64,000 nucleotides of DNA from an uncultured candidate division Zixibacteria bacterium. GTDB lineage: Bacteria; Zixibacteria; MSB-5A5; UBA10806. The notes under the pieces were generated by a model. It worked only from the letters and a program-made list of their open reading frames with translations. It was not told the DNA's origin and searched no databases. A program made the position numbers and the translations under genes. How positions within the stretch are numbered: position 1 is the first letter of the stretch; every line of letters starts with the position of its first letter. The stretch spans positions 1,408,001 through 1,472,000 of the forward strand of contig CAWDFP010000006.1 in NCBI GenBank assembly GCA_963801605.1, given 5' to 3'. Below, piece by piece: positions 31,145 to 40,865 of the stretch.

Positions 31145-31651
31145 ATGAAAAATTGGATTACCATCACATTTATTATTCTGCTATTCGCGGTTACTGCGAA
31201 TGCCGGCAGCCGTCACATCGGTTATTACGGCATGGGGCCGCGGGTTGGATTTACGATTAATCCCGACCAGTTTCATTTCGGGGGCCAGGTGGATTTCGGA
31301 GAAATCACCACTAATTTGATGATGGTTCCGAATTTGGAAATCGGGTTTGGCGATAACCTGACTACGGTTGCACCATCTTTTGAGCTTGATTATCGCTTTC
31401 GCACTGATTGGGGAGTCTGGTCGCCATATCTGGGCGGCAGCGCGGGCCCGATTTTCTATTCATACAGGCATCATGGCAACGATCCTTACGGGCACAATGG
31501 CAGCGATACCCAATTTGGTTTATATATTCAAGGCGGAATCCTCAAAGGATTTTCTGGCAGAAATTCGGGATATTTCTTCATGGAAGGCAAGCTTGGACTG
31601 GCCGATGCGCCCGATGCGAAGTTTACTATCGGTTGGACATTCGGGAATTAA
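31145..31651 (+). CDS. Small outer-membrane beta-barrel-like protein
   Basis: Signal peptide, alternating aromatic/Gly strands, PYLGG, C-terminal IGWTF. Confidence 0.7.
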   Translation: MKNWITITFIILLFAVTANAGSRHIGYYGMGPRVGFTINPDQFHFGGQVDFGEITTNLMMVPNLEIGFGDNLTTVAPSFELDYRFRTDWGVWSPYLGGSAGPIFYSYRHHGNDPYGHNGSDTQFGLYIQGGILKGFSGRNSGYFFMEGKLGLADAPDAKFTIGWTFGN

Positions 31652-31852
31652 CCGTTGACTAAACCATTGGAAAATTTGACTCCCGGAAAGCAAATTGTTT
31701 TGCTCAGGGGGGCAACACGAGGAATGCGTAGATAACAAAATGACCATCAAGGCATCGTAATCCTCGACTGATTAGATTAAAGGATTTACGCCGGCCGATA
31801 GGGGGATTTATCGGTCGGCGGCAATTCCCAAACTTAGGGAAAGGAGATTTAT

Positions 31853-32002
31853 ATGTTGTGGACAATAGCAGTAGTGCTGCTGATTTTATGGGCACTAGGA
31901 TTAGTTGCCGGCTACACGATAAGTGGATTCATTCACGTTTTGCTGGTGATCGCAATTATAGTCGTACTGATTCGGGTAATAACCGGACGAAGGCCCGTTT
32001 GA
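31853..32002 (+). CDS. lmo0937-family (DUF5670-like) 49-aa membrane protein
   Basis: MLWTIAVVLLILWALGL..GFIHVLLVIAIIVVLIRVITGRR; AAGGAG RBS; absent from ORF track. Confidence 0.9.
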   Translation: MLWTIAVVLLILWALGLVAGYTISGFIHVLLVIAIIVVLIRVITGRRPV

Positions 32003-32030
32003 AGCGGTCTACTTCAAGATAGGAGTATTA

Positions 32031-32270
32031 ATGAATACAACGACGGTAATCGGCATTATTCTAATCGCGCTTGGCGTGGTGGGACTTATATATGGAGGCA
32101 TTACCTATACTTCCAGCAAAGATATTATCGATATGGGATCGATGCATCTCAAAGTCGATCAGAAAAAAGAGATTCCGCTGTCACCAATCGGCGGAGCGGT
32201 GGCCGTGGCGATCGGAGTCGTGCTAATTCTTGTGGGGCGGCGGCGAACCTCAAACGGCAATGCAATATGA
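32031..32270 (+). CDS. DUF3185-like small membrane protein
   Basis: IGIILIALG..GL.YGG.TYT....ID.G......K..IPLSPI.G; two TMs. Confidence 0.7.
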   Translation: MNTTTVIGIILIALGVVGLIYGGITYTSSKDIIDMGSMHLKVDQKKEIPLSPIGGAVAVAIGVVLILVGRRRTSNGNAI

Positions 32271-32301
32271 GTGAGGTAAATTTGAAAGAGAGGAGTTAAA
32301 C

Positions 32302-33516
32302 CTGAAGCTGGTAAAACTCATTGCTCCTGCTCTGATATCGCTCTGTTTTGTCTGCGCATTTAGCGCGCGAGCGGAGCAAAGGTCTACTGTGCTAATTCGA
32401 TTACCACTTGAGGATATAAGCGTTAACGTCTCCATCGACAATACGGTGTACTATCCTGGTGATACCGTGCATGTGTCGATAGCCTGGGATAGCACCGAAG
32501 CAAAGGTTGACGTGATCCCAATATTGATTATCGAGGGAACCACGCTTGATTCTGTCGGGCACAATGAATACATCGCTGTTATTCCCCGAATAGCTACTCC
32601 TGGCTCTTATCCTATTCATCTTAATGTTCTGGATTCTCGGGGGCGGCGTCTTGCTTATGAGACGGATTGTGTTGTATTGGTTGAAGAACATCAGGAAATC
32701 GAGCGGATCGCCAATTATGTTCAGTTGGGTCCCGAAGATGGCAGTATAGATCCGCTTCAAGCAGTTACCCTCAATCGCGATCAAATACGGAAACTATATG
32801 TGGACTTCAAGCAAGAAAGAATCCAGGATGGTATGGGACCGCAATACCTCACAATAAAAACGTCGGTGCTTTCACGAAAAGGAACGGTAACGGCAACATC
32901 CGAACGACGCATGATGACTTTTCGGAATAGCGGCGATCCAACTCGGGATATGGAAAAGTTTTTGCGGTACCGCATGGCCTACGGTGCGTACGCGGTAATC
33001 CATCCTGAAGAAATTGGGCGGGTGCGATTGTTTCTGGATTCCCTGCCTTCCTGGGCCATCATCAAGGTCAGTATCGAATCTGATTATGCTATCAATATCG
33101 GTGCAGTGGATCAGTCCAATTCCGTCACCAGTTACTATCGCGTGAAAGGTCCATCAATCGAAATGGGGTTTACGCTTGGCGTTCCCAAGGTTTTGTACGA
33201 TACTCAGGCCAAAGATAGTATGGACTACGGCAAAACCAGTGCGATGCTTCGATTTTATTATGTCAGCAGTAAATCGGGAAATCGGTTTCCTGTCAGCTTT
33301 GGTATTGGCACCTTCGGAGTAAACACGCCGATAGATGTGGGTAAAGGCCGAGGCGGTTTTGCTGCATCATTTTTTCTGGATGTTATCGAGCTTGCCCGAT
33401 GGTTCAATTGGAATGTCGGCGGAAAAGCCAGCGCGGGTTTGGAATTGACACCCTTTTTGCCTATCCAAAAGAGATCGCGCATCTTGTTTGATGCCCATGT
33501 GGGCCTGGCGCTCTAA
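32302..33516 (+). CDS. Exported hypothetical protein, probable CTG start
   Basis: GAGGAG RBS before in-frame CTG 32302, giving a signal peptide ending A-R-A. Confidence 0.65.
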   Translation: MKLVKLIAPALISLCFVCAFSARAEQRSTVLIRLPLEDISVNVSIDNTVYYPGDTVHVSIAWDSTEAKVDVIPILIIEGTTLDSVGHNEYIAVIPRIATPGSYPIHLNVLDSRGRRLAYETDCVVLVEEHQEIERIANYVQLGPEDGSIDPLQAVTLNRDQIRKLYVDFKQERIQDGMGPQYLTIKTSVLSRKGTVTATSERRMMTFRNSGDPTRDMEKFLRYRMAYGAYAVIHPEEIGRVRLFLDSLPSWAIIKVSIESDYAINIGAVDQSNSVTSYYRVKGPSIEMGFTLGVPKVLYDTQAKDSMDYGKTSAMLRFYYVSSKSGNRFPVSFGIGTFGVNTPIDVGKGRGGFAASFFLDVIELARWFNWNVGGKASAGLELTPFLPIQKRSRILFDAHVGLAL

Positions 33517-33576
33517 ACAAAAATTATGCAGGAATTAATCGAGATTCAGGTATTTTTAAATTAACAGGAGAGAATA

Positions 33577-34134
33577 ATGCCGACAACTTATATTGAACTG
33601 TGTGAGGCGTTTTCGCAGGCCCGCCAAAGCTATCTTGATTACAGAGGAGAATCCTATGAACTTGCTGACAGGATATATAAAGAAATGATCTCCTATTTAG
33701 GCTGCTCTGAAAATGATCTGAAATTGGTACCCGATAAGGAAGGTTATGATGATACCTTAACATATACTCCCGCCGGAGCGTCGTGCCTGGGCAATGATTC
33801 ATACTGGCATATCGGCTTTATTCTCCAATTGAAGGCAACCGACTGCGAAGGTCCGTTCGAGAGCATACGATTCGCCATATTGTTTAAGAAAACACCGGAT
33901 GGGTATTCGACAAAAATAGCAACTAAGGCAACTGAGTTTAATATCATCCCCAACGATCCTTCAACATTTAATCTATTATTTGACGATTTATTCAGCCATA
34001 TTAAGGAATCGTATGAGGTTGGTTTTAAGGATTTTCTTAGTACGGGCAAATCATCTCATAATATAGGTTTCGATATTGGCAAACTACGCGATAAAAATGA
34101 AATGCAGATTGCTGCGGTGACCCCTCCCAAATAA
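33577..34134 (+). CDS. Hypothetical protein
   Basis: AGGAG RBS, 185-aa ORF, no family recognised. Confidence 0.75.
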   Translation: MPTTYIELCEAFSQARQSYLDYRGESYELADRIYKEMISYLGCSENDLKLVPDKEGYDDTLTYTPAGASCLGNDSYWHIGFILQLKATDCEGPFESIRFAILFKKTPDGYSTKIATKATEFNIIPNDPSTFNLLFDDLFSHIKESYEVGFKDFLSTGKSSHNIGFDIGKLRDKNEMQIAAVTPPK

Positions 34135-34454
34135 TGGCGGACAATTCTTTAGCTTCCGACTATTTCAAACAACCGCGGCTCTGCAACCCCGTATTTTCTG
34201 TGGGGGCGCGCTTGTTCCGATCTTCCCGGGCGCACGCGATAATTCAAATAGTCATAAGTTGAGCGCTAAAAGTCACGATTGACAATCCCAGCTGAAATTT
34301 AAGACAAATTACGAATATTTATAACGGCGTTTTGATTATCAGCATTTCATGACGTCTACGATACTGTTATAGGCGATTTGGAAAATGCGATGACCGGCGG
34401 TATTAAAAACGCCATGGACCATGAAAGCCCGATTATTTCCTCGTTCTAAATAGT

Positions 34455-34510
34455 TAGCTATCTTTTCAACCCTTTGGGCGATTGCTCTACTCCTGCATAA
34501 CCACTAAATT
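34455..34510 (+). promoter_or_regulatory. Island promoter motif copy 5
   Basis: TAGCTATCTTTTCAACCCTTTGGGCGATTG; TTGCTC-N17-TAAATT. Confidence 0.75.
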
Positions 34511-34767
34511 CCTTTCATACAAAGAATTTTCTATAGGACGTGTCTGTCGATAGCACAGATCAAGTCTGATCGAAAAACACACAGAATGCTATCGCAGAAA
34601 ACTCTCATTCACGCACCAGGAAAAGGCGGTATGTGAGCGTGCGAGCGAAACCCTGAGAAAAGAAGGTACCTGCCACAAGTCATCGGTAGGTTGTGCGGAA
34701 ATTTGAAAGGAATTTTATGAATATCGTCTCTAAGTTGATAGGAAAAAACCGTTATCCGGGAGTAAAT

Positions 34768-37700
34768 ATGAAAAGACCAATATTGACCGTAGATTCGTTT
34801 AGGAGACTGTTCTTGCATCTATTTTTATTGATTGTTCTGTGGTGGGGAATCCATGGGAATGTAAATGCCCAGCAGGTGACCCAACCGCAGGCAATAGCGA
34901 CTTCTTATGCATCGGATGGCGCGACTCTGGCTATCCCAATATGGAAGGGATATATGCTGGAATCCAATTCCAACAATGTCTGGCTGGTTTATTCTCAATC
35001 GGGGTCATCGCGGAGCAATATTATATTCACCACCGATGGAGGCAGTAACTGGAGCTCCAATGTCTTTCAGGCGGCTAATGACGGAAATCTGGATATGCAT
35101 AGCGCTCTGTTCGGTAAGAACGGCGATCTATTTTTCACCTGGCCCGGCGCCAGCAGCATTAATTTCAGGAAGATCGATTCGCCGGCTCATGACAACAGCA
35201 GCCGCGAGCCGATATATGCCATCCCCGGGACTTCCGGCGCTAACCGATCCAGCGTTATGACCCAGAGCTCGGGCAGAATTTGGGTTTTCACCCGTCTGGA
35301 TGGAACCTCTGCCCAGAATGTCAATTACCACTATTCCGATAATAACGGTCTGAGTTGGACTAACGGAGTGGCCTTTGCCACTAATTTTCCGATTGTCAGG
35401 ATCGGTTCCATACCTTATGTCAATGGTAATCCGGCCCTGGTGGTACTCTATTCAGGCGACAATCGGGGCTATGAATATTACATCTGGAATGGCACATCCT
35501 TTGAGGCTAAAGCCGATCATTCCATATATCCGGCCTGGATGGGGGATACCCGGGTATTTACCAACAATGTCGTCAACGACACCACCATGCACCTGATATT
35601 CGGACTGGGCAACAACCTCATCCACGTCTGGAAGAACTACAATAACGGCCAGGGAACCTGGAACAACGAAATAATTGATTCCTCTCCCACTACCCTCAAC
35701 AATGACTGGTTTACAACCTCGACTGTCAGAGGGGGAGAGCTTTTTCTTTTCTATACGAAAAAGTCCGCATCGAGCTTCACAACTTCTCAGGTCTATTACA
35801 AGAAATGGAATCAAGCTTCCCAGACCTGGACAGCTTCAGTGCTTGTGTCCGGCACAATTGCCTCCAACCGCGATCCCAACACCTGTTTTCAGACAAATCC
35901 AAGCTCTAATTATATCCCTGTTTTTTGGAATTCCGATCCTGGCAGCGCCAAGACAATTTATTTTGCTAAAATTTTGATGGGAACCGCACCAGTGGACACA
36001 ACGCCTCCATCTGTAACGGTATCCGTGCCCAATGGTGGCGAGACATTATCCGTTGGATCAAGTTATAATATCATTTGGACAGATAACGATAATGACGGCA
36101 TAGCCGCCCACAAGCTGGAATATTCCATCGACGGGGGTACAAACTGGCTTCTGATTCGGGATTGGACGACTGGTGATCCTCATACCTTTGCCTGGACTGT
36201 GCCCAACGCGCCTTCCATTCAGAGCAGGATCAGGGCTTCGGTCAGGGATAATACCGGCCTCACCAACTCCGATATTTCTAATAATAACTTCACCATCAGA
36301 AGCGGCCCAGTTCTGACAACTGCCGTAACATTGCCCAACGGCGGGGAGACATTAACCGTTGGAGCAAATTATAATATCATTTGGACTGATAGTAGTAGTA
36401 ACGGCATAACCGCCCACAAGCTGGAATATTCTATCGATGGGGGAACAAGCTGGATTCTGATTCGAGATTGGACCACCGGTGATCCTCATGCCTTTGCCTG
36501 GACCGTGCCCAACGCGCCTTCCATTCAGAGCAGGATCAGAGTTTCGGTCAGGGATAATACCGGCATCACCAACTCCGATATCTCTAACAATAACTTCACC
36601 ATCAGAACTAACTCGGTTCTAACAGCTACTGTAGCATTGCCCAATGGCGGCGAGACATTAACCGTTGGATCAAGTTATAATATTACCTGGACAGATAGTA
36701 GTAGTTACGGCATATCTGCCCACAAGCTGGAATATTCAATCGATGGGGGAACAAACTGGCTTCTGATTCGGGATTGGACGACTGGAGATCCTCATACCTT
36801 TGCCTGGACTGTGCCCAATGCGCCTTCCATTCTGAGCAGGATCAGAGTTTCAGTCAGAGATAATACCGGCCTCACCAACTCCGATATCTCTAATAATAAC
36901 TTCACCATCAGATCTCAAGATCGGCCTCCTGTTGTCGTGCCAATTCCGCCACAGGTTGTAATTGCCGGAGGTCATTTGTCCGTACCAATAACTGCTTCTG
37001 ATCCGGATGGCAATACCATTATCCTCAGTGCCCAACAGCTACCGCTTAATTCCACATTCATCGATTCGACCGGCGGGCGAGGCGCTTTTATATTTGATCC
37101 CAGTGTTTCCCAGGCCGGTTCATATCAGGTGAGAATAATTGCATCATCTAATGCACTGGCCGATACTGAATTCATCGGTATTACAGTGACACCAAACAAC
37201 CCCGGCCAGGAACAATTGACGTCCCCTGTAAATATCGCGACTACATCTCAAACTGATGGCTCTACCATTGCAATTCCACTCTGGAAGGGGTATATGTCTG
37301 AAACCGACCCCAACAGTTTCTGGCTGTCTTATTCAACTTTAGCTAATGCCAGCGGTAATATTAAGTTTACTACCGATGGCGGTAACAACTGGAATAGCAA
37401 TATATTTCAAGTTGGCTCGGACGGTTATTTGGATTGTAATGTTTCTCTGTTTGGTCAGAATAATAATCTATATATCACCTGGCCCGGCGCCAGCAGCATT
37501 AATTTCAGGAAGATCGATTCGCCGGCTCATGACAACAGCAGCCGCGAGGCGATATACACTATTCCCGGGACTTCCAGCACGCATCGATCCAGCATTATGA
37601 TCCAGAACAGCGGCAGAATATGGATCTTCACCCGTCAATCGGGAAACTCTGCCCAGAATGTCTATTACCACTATTCCGATAATAACGGTCTGAGCTGGAC

Positions 37701-38712
37701 TAACGGAGTGGCCTTTACCACTAATTATCCGGATGTCAGGATCGGTTCCATGCCTTATGTTAATGGCAATCCGGCCCTGGTGGTACTCTATTCAGGCGAC
37801 AATCGGGGCTATGAATATTACGTCTGGAACGGCACATCCTTTGAGGCTAAGGCCGATCATTCCATATATCCGGCCTGGATGGGGGATACCCGGGTATTTA
37901 CCAACAATGTCGTCAACGACACCACCTTGCACCTGATATTCGGACTGGGCAACAACCTCATCCATGTCTGGAAGAACTACAATAACGGCCGGGGAACCTG
38001 GAACAACGAGATAGTTGATTCCTCTCCCACTACCCTCAATAACGATTGGTTTACAACCTCGACTGTCATGGGCGATAACCTTTATCTGTTTTACACCAAG
38101 AAGTCATCATCGAGCTTCACAACTTCTCAAGTCTACTACAAGAGATGGTCCCAGTCGACACAGAGCTGGACCGCCCCAGTTTTAGTTTCAGCTCAGTTGG
38201 GCAGCAACCGCGATCCCAATACCTGCTTCCATGTCCCCCAAAACTCCAACTACATCCCTGTCTTCTGGAACTCAGGCTCCGGCTCATCCAGAAACATCTA
38301 CTTCGCTAAAATCGTCCTGTCCCCAGCAATCAATGATGTCCCACTGGTTATCGTTAATTCACCCATGGATTCGATTCAAACCAGCGTTGACGAAGCGAAT
38401 AACATGTTGGAATCGAACTCTACAGATCTTATTACAGGGGCTATCCCCACTCATTACTCACTGGCTCAGTCTTACCCCAACCCTTTTAATCTCTCAACGA
38501 CGATCAAATATGAACTTCCCAATTCCGAATTTGTAAATATATCCGTCTATGACTTGTTGGGAAGAAAAATGACAGAATTGGTCAATGAGGATCAGCAAGC
38601 TGGATACCACTCAGTAATTTGGAATGCAGCTCAAATGCCATCAGGAATGTACTTTTACCGGATTCAAGCGGGCCCTTTTACTGAGATAAAAAAGATGACA
38701 TTGCTAAAATAA
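34768..38712 (+). CDS. Large secreted protein: two BNR/Asp-box propeller-like domains, tandem Ig-like repeats, T9SS-type-A-like C-terminal tail
   Basis: FTTDGG.NW and YSDNNGLSW Asp-boxes, 3x PNGGETL units, QSYPNPFN...KKMTLLK. Confidence 0.85.
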   Translation: MKRPILTVDSFRRLFLHLFLLIVLWWGIHGNVNAQQVTQPQAIATSYASDGATLAIPIWKGYMLESNSNNVWLVYSQSGSSRSNIIFTTDGGSNWSSNVFQAANDGNLDMHSALFGKNGDLFFTWPGASSINFRKIDSPAHDNSSREPIYAIPGTSGANRSSVMTQSSGRIWVFTRLDGTSAQNVNYHYSDNNGLSWTNGVAFATNFPIVRIGSIPYVNGNPALVVLYSGDNRGYEYYIWNGTSFEAKADHSIYPAWMGDTRVFTNNVVNDTTMHLIFGLGNNLIHVWKNYNNGQGTWNNEIIDSSPTTLNNDWFTTSTVRGGELFLFYTKKSASSFTTSQVYYKKWNQASQTWTASVLVSGTIASNRDPNTCFQTNPSSNYIPVFWNSDPGSAKTIYFAKILMGTAPVDTTPPSVTVSVPNGGETLSVGSSYNIIWTDNDNDGIAAHKLEYSIDGGTNWLLIRDWTTGDPHTFAWTVPNAPSIQSRIRASVRDNTGLTNSDISNNNFTIRSGPVLTTAVTLPNGGETLTVGANYNIIWTDSSSNGITAHKLEYSIDGGTSWILIRDWTTGDPHAFAWTVPNAPSIQSRIRVSVRDNTGITNSDISNNNFTIRTNSVLTATVALPNGGETLTVGSSYNITWTDSSSYGISAHKLEYSIDGGTNWLLIRDWTTGDPHTFAWTVPNAPSILSRIRVSVRDNTGLTNSDISNNNFTIRSQDRPPVVVPIPPQVVIAGGHLSVPITASDPDGNTIILSAQQLPLNSTFIDSTGGRGAFIFDPSVSQAGSYQVRIIASSNALADTEFIGITVTPNNPGQEQLTSPVNIATTSQTDGSTIAIPLWKGYMSETDPNSFWLSYSTLANASGNIKFTTDGGNNWNSNIFQVGSDGYLDCNVSLFGQNNNLYITWPGASSINFRKIDSPAHDNSSREAIYTIPGTSSTHRSSIMIQNSGRIWIFTRQSGNSAQNVYYHYSDNNGLSWTNGVAFTTNYPDVRIGSMPYVNGNPALVVLYSGDNRGYEYYVWNGTSFEAKADHSIYPAWMGDTRVFTNNVVNDTTLHLIFGLGNNLIHVWKNYNNGRGTWNNEIVDSSPTTLNNDWFTTSTVMGDNLYLFYTKKSSSSFTTSQVYYKRWSQSTQSWTAPVLVSAQLGSNRDPNTCFHVPQNSNYIPVFWNSGSGSSRNIYFAKIVLSPAINDVPLVIVNSPMDSIQTSVDEANNMLESNSTDLITGAIPTHYSLAQSYPNPFNLSTTIKYELPNSEFVNISVYDLLGRKMTELVNEDQQAGYHSVIWNAAQMPSGMYFYRIQAGPFTEIKKMTLLK
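36025..36912 (+). repeat. Three intragenic tandem repeats with 306-nt period
   Basis: TATTC.ATCGA.GGGGG at 36121, 36427, 36733. Confidence 0.9.
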
Positions 38713-38762
38713 ATGGCTGCCAAGCATTTGGATTTTGCCGGGCCTGTTAGAGTATCAACCGA

Positions 38763-38793
38763 AAAGGGTCGTCTTGCCAAGAGGCGACCCTTT
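38763..38793. terminator. Intrinsic terminator
   Basis: AAAGGGTCGTCTT-GCCA-AGAGGCGACCCTTT-type hairpin after the large gene. Confidence 0.7.
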
Positions 38794-38829
38794 ATAATTG
38801 CAAAATCTGCTTTTTGATATGGCTTTTAT

Positions 38830-38924
38830 TTTCAAACAATTTTCTAACACAACACGCCGTAATACGGAATAAACCGAGACAATACCGGAAAAGACGACAA
38901 GGCGTAAGTCTTTGCCCTTGTTGT
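38830..38924. repeat. ~95-bp imperfect direct repeat, copy B
   Basis: Matches 24683-24777. Confidence 0.9.
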
Positions 38925-39394
38925 TTAATGTTGCTCCCCTTTTAACTAAACACTAATTATCATAGGTTGAGCAAAACCGGCCAGGCGGAAATTTTCGCTT
39001 CCTATATAATCCCGATTAGTAAAATTTATCAAAAAGATACGCGGAGCAGACTTTAGCATGTTTGACGTCAGCAGAATCTGGACGGATGGAGGGGTTGAGT
39101 TAAGAGAAGATTTTTCTTACAAAGCGATGCAAATTTACTCTGACCAACTGGGGGAGAGGGTATCGTTGCGAGCACTTCGTTTGCACTCTCGCAGCGGCTC
39201 TTTTTTTATTCCCGATATTCAAATAACGAATCTTTATTGCCGACCATATTGTCATTTAATCGGGTACGCGGATGAACAAGATAAAACCTGAATGCTTGGC
39301 ATATCAACCTTCGTTAATCTCATATTCCGCCGCTTTCCTGTTGACTGAAACCTCTTTATTATATATGATGACCTCAGATGAATCGGGAGGATTT

Positions 39395-39727
39395 ATGTGG
39401 ATAATAAAATCTGCTTTAGGCGTGATCGTTTTTTTGGCTTTCCTCGGGTTTTCTTTCCAGAACTCATACCAGGTCACAACCGTAAATCTCGCGGGTAAGC
39501 AGTATGCATCGGCGCCGCTCATTATTGTTCTATACATTGCTTTCTCTGCCGGTGTTATTTTTTGGTTCATCGTTTCGATTTTTCAATATTTTAAATACAC
39601 CGGCCAAATCTCCGATCTCAAACGTAAAAATAAGCAGCTCCTGGAGGAGATTAAGGCTTTGAGAAACCTGCCGTTAGAGGAGATTGCGCCACAGGACCTG
39701 GCGCCCGACATTGGAATCGATGATTGA
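39395..39727 (+). CDS. lapA: LapA-family membrane protein
   Basis: F..QN...TTV, two TMs, C-terminal coiled coil; precedes LapB-like gene. Confidence 0.75.
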   Translation: MWIIKSALGVIVFLAFLGFSFQNSYQVTTVNLAGKQYASAPLIIVLYIAFSAGVIFWFIVSIFQYFKYTGQISDLKRKNKQLLEEIKALRNLPLEEIAPQDLAPDIGIDD

Positions 39728-40865
39728 CATAACAGCGTACTGGTGGCTATTAATTCCCATAGCCATCGTTATCGTTTTAACGGTTTTTGCCCTTTCCAAA
39801 CGACGTTTGGGACCGCGCGAAACCGCTATGGAGGCTTATGTCGAGGGTCTCAGGTATTTTGCCTCCGGTGATGAGCATAATGCCTTTATCAAATTTCGGC
39901 AATCGGTTGATCAGGATACCGGTAATATCGATGCCTACCTCAAAATGGGCGATATCTTCCGCAACCGCGGCTTGACCGATAAAGCCCTGCAAATTCATCG
40001 TGAACTAACCTTGCGTCGCAATGTCCCCTCCGAGATATTTGTCGAAATTGAAAAAAGCCTGTCGCAGGATTATATCAAAGCCGGTATGAAAGAAAAGGCT
40101 TACGAAATCCTGGAGCGCATGGCCAAGGATGGCGGCTCCAAAGTCTGGGCGGCTGAACGTCTTCTCGATCTCTACGCTAAGGATCGCAAGTGGAAAGAGG
40201 CCTGTGAGCTTTATCAGGACGTTTTTAAGAAAAACTCGCGAACCAATGGAGCCATGCTGGCCGGGTTCAAGCTCATGATGGGCCTCGAACAGTTTCAATC
40301 TGAGGAATATCATAAGGCTCGCCTGCTTTACAAAGAGGCTTCGTCGCTTAATAAGTCAAACCCTCTGCCGTACCTTTACATCGCTGAAAGCTATCTTGCC
40401 GAAAAGAGGGTGGAGGATGGCTTGGATTTCCTCAAGCGGCTTTGCTCCGAGGCTCCTCAGCACGCTTATCTCGCGTTTCCGCTGATAGAAGAAACACTTT
40501 TTCAGCTGGGCCGTTATGGCGATGTGGAAGTTATTTATCGTAATTTACTTAATCAGGATCCTTCTAATATTCCAGCCAAAGTTGCTCTTTCCGGAATACT
40601 TGAGAAGAAAGGCGAATTATCTGCCGCGGAAAATCTGCTCAAATCGGTTCTCGAAATCGATCCATCCAACTATCTGGCTACGCTTCGTCTCATGAGCATT
40701 ATGTCCGCCCGCCGCCGTTACGATGATGTCCTCAATACTCTCTCCGGCCTGGCTGATAAAATCGATAGTAAAAATCAGGAATTTAAATGCCGCAAGTGTG
40801 GCAAAACGCTTTCCCGGATTCTGCCGATTTGCCCGCATTGCGCCTCGATAGGGACTTTCATTTGA
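39720..40865 (+). CDS. lapB: LapB-like TPR protein with C-terminal rubredoxin-type knuckle
   Basis: N-terminal TM, GDIFRNRG..DKALQIH, CRKCG...CPHC. Confidence 0.8.
   Translation: MIDITAYWWLLIPIAIVIVLTVFALSKRRLGPRETAMEAYVEGLRYFASGDEHNAFIKFRQSVDQDTGNIDAYLKMGDIFRNRGLTDKALQIHRELTLRRNVPSEIFVEIEKSLSQDYIKAGMKEKAYEILERMAKDGGSKVWAAERLLDLYAKDRKWKEACELYQDVFKKNSRTNGAMLAGFKLMMGLEQFQSEEYHKARLLYKEASSLNKSNPLPYLYIAESYLAEKRVEDGLDFLKRLCSEAPQHAYLAFPLIEETLFQLGRYGDVEVIYRNLLNQDPSNIPAKVALSGILEKKGELSAAENLLKSVLEIDPSNYLATLRLMSIMSARRRYDDVLNTLSGLADKIDSKNQEFKCRKCGKTLSRILPICPHCASIGTFI

Larger units (their letters stand above)
16569..38930. mobile_element. Degenerate tRNA-Leu-associated genomic island (boundaries approximate)
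   Basis: Starts at tRNA 3' end, contains integrase relic, tRNA-fMet relic, long direct repeat and accessory genes; core genes resume at lapA; no duplicated tRNA-Leu 3' end found by eye. Confidence 0.6.

Noticed and set aside
36025..36912. Regularly spaced repeats as a CRISPR array or DGR template
   Set aside because: In-frame 306-nt coding repeats without spacers; no cas or reverse transcriptase gene; differences not adenine-specific
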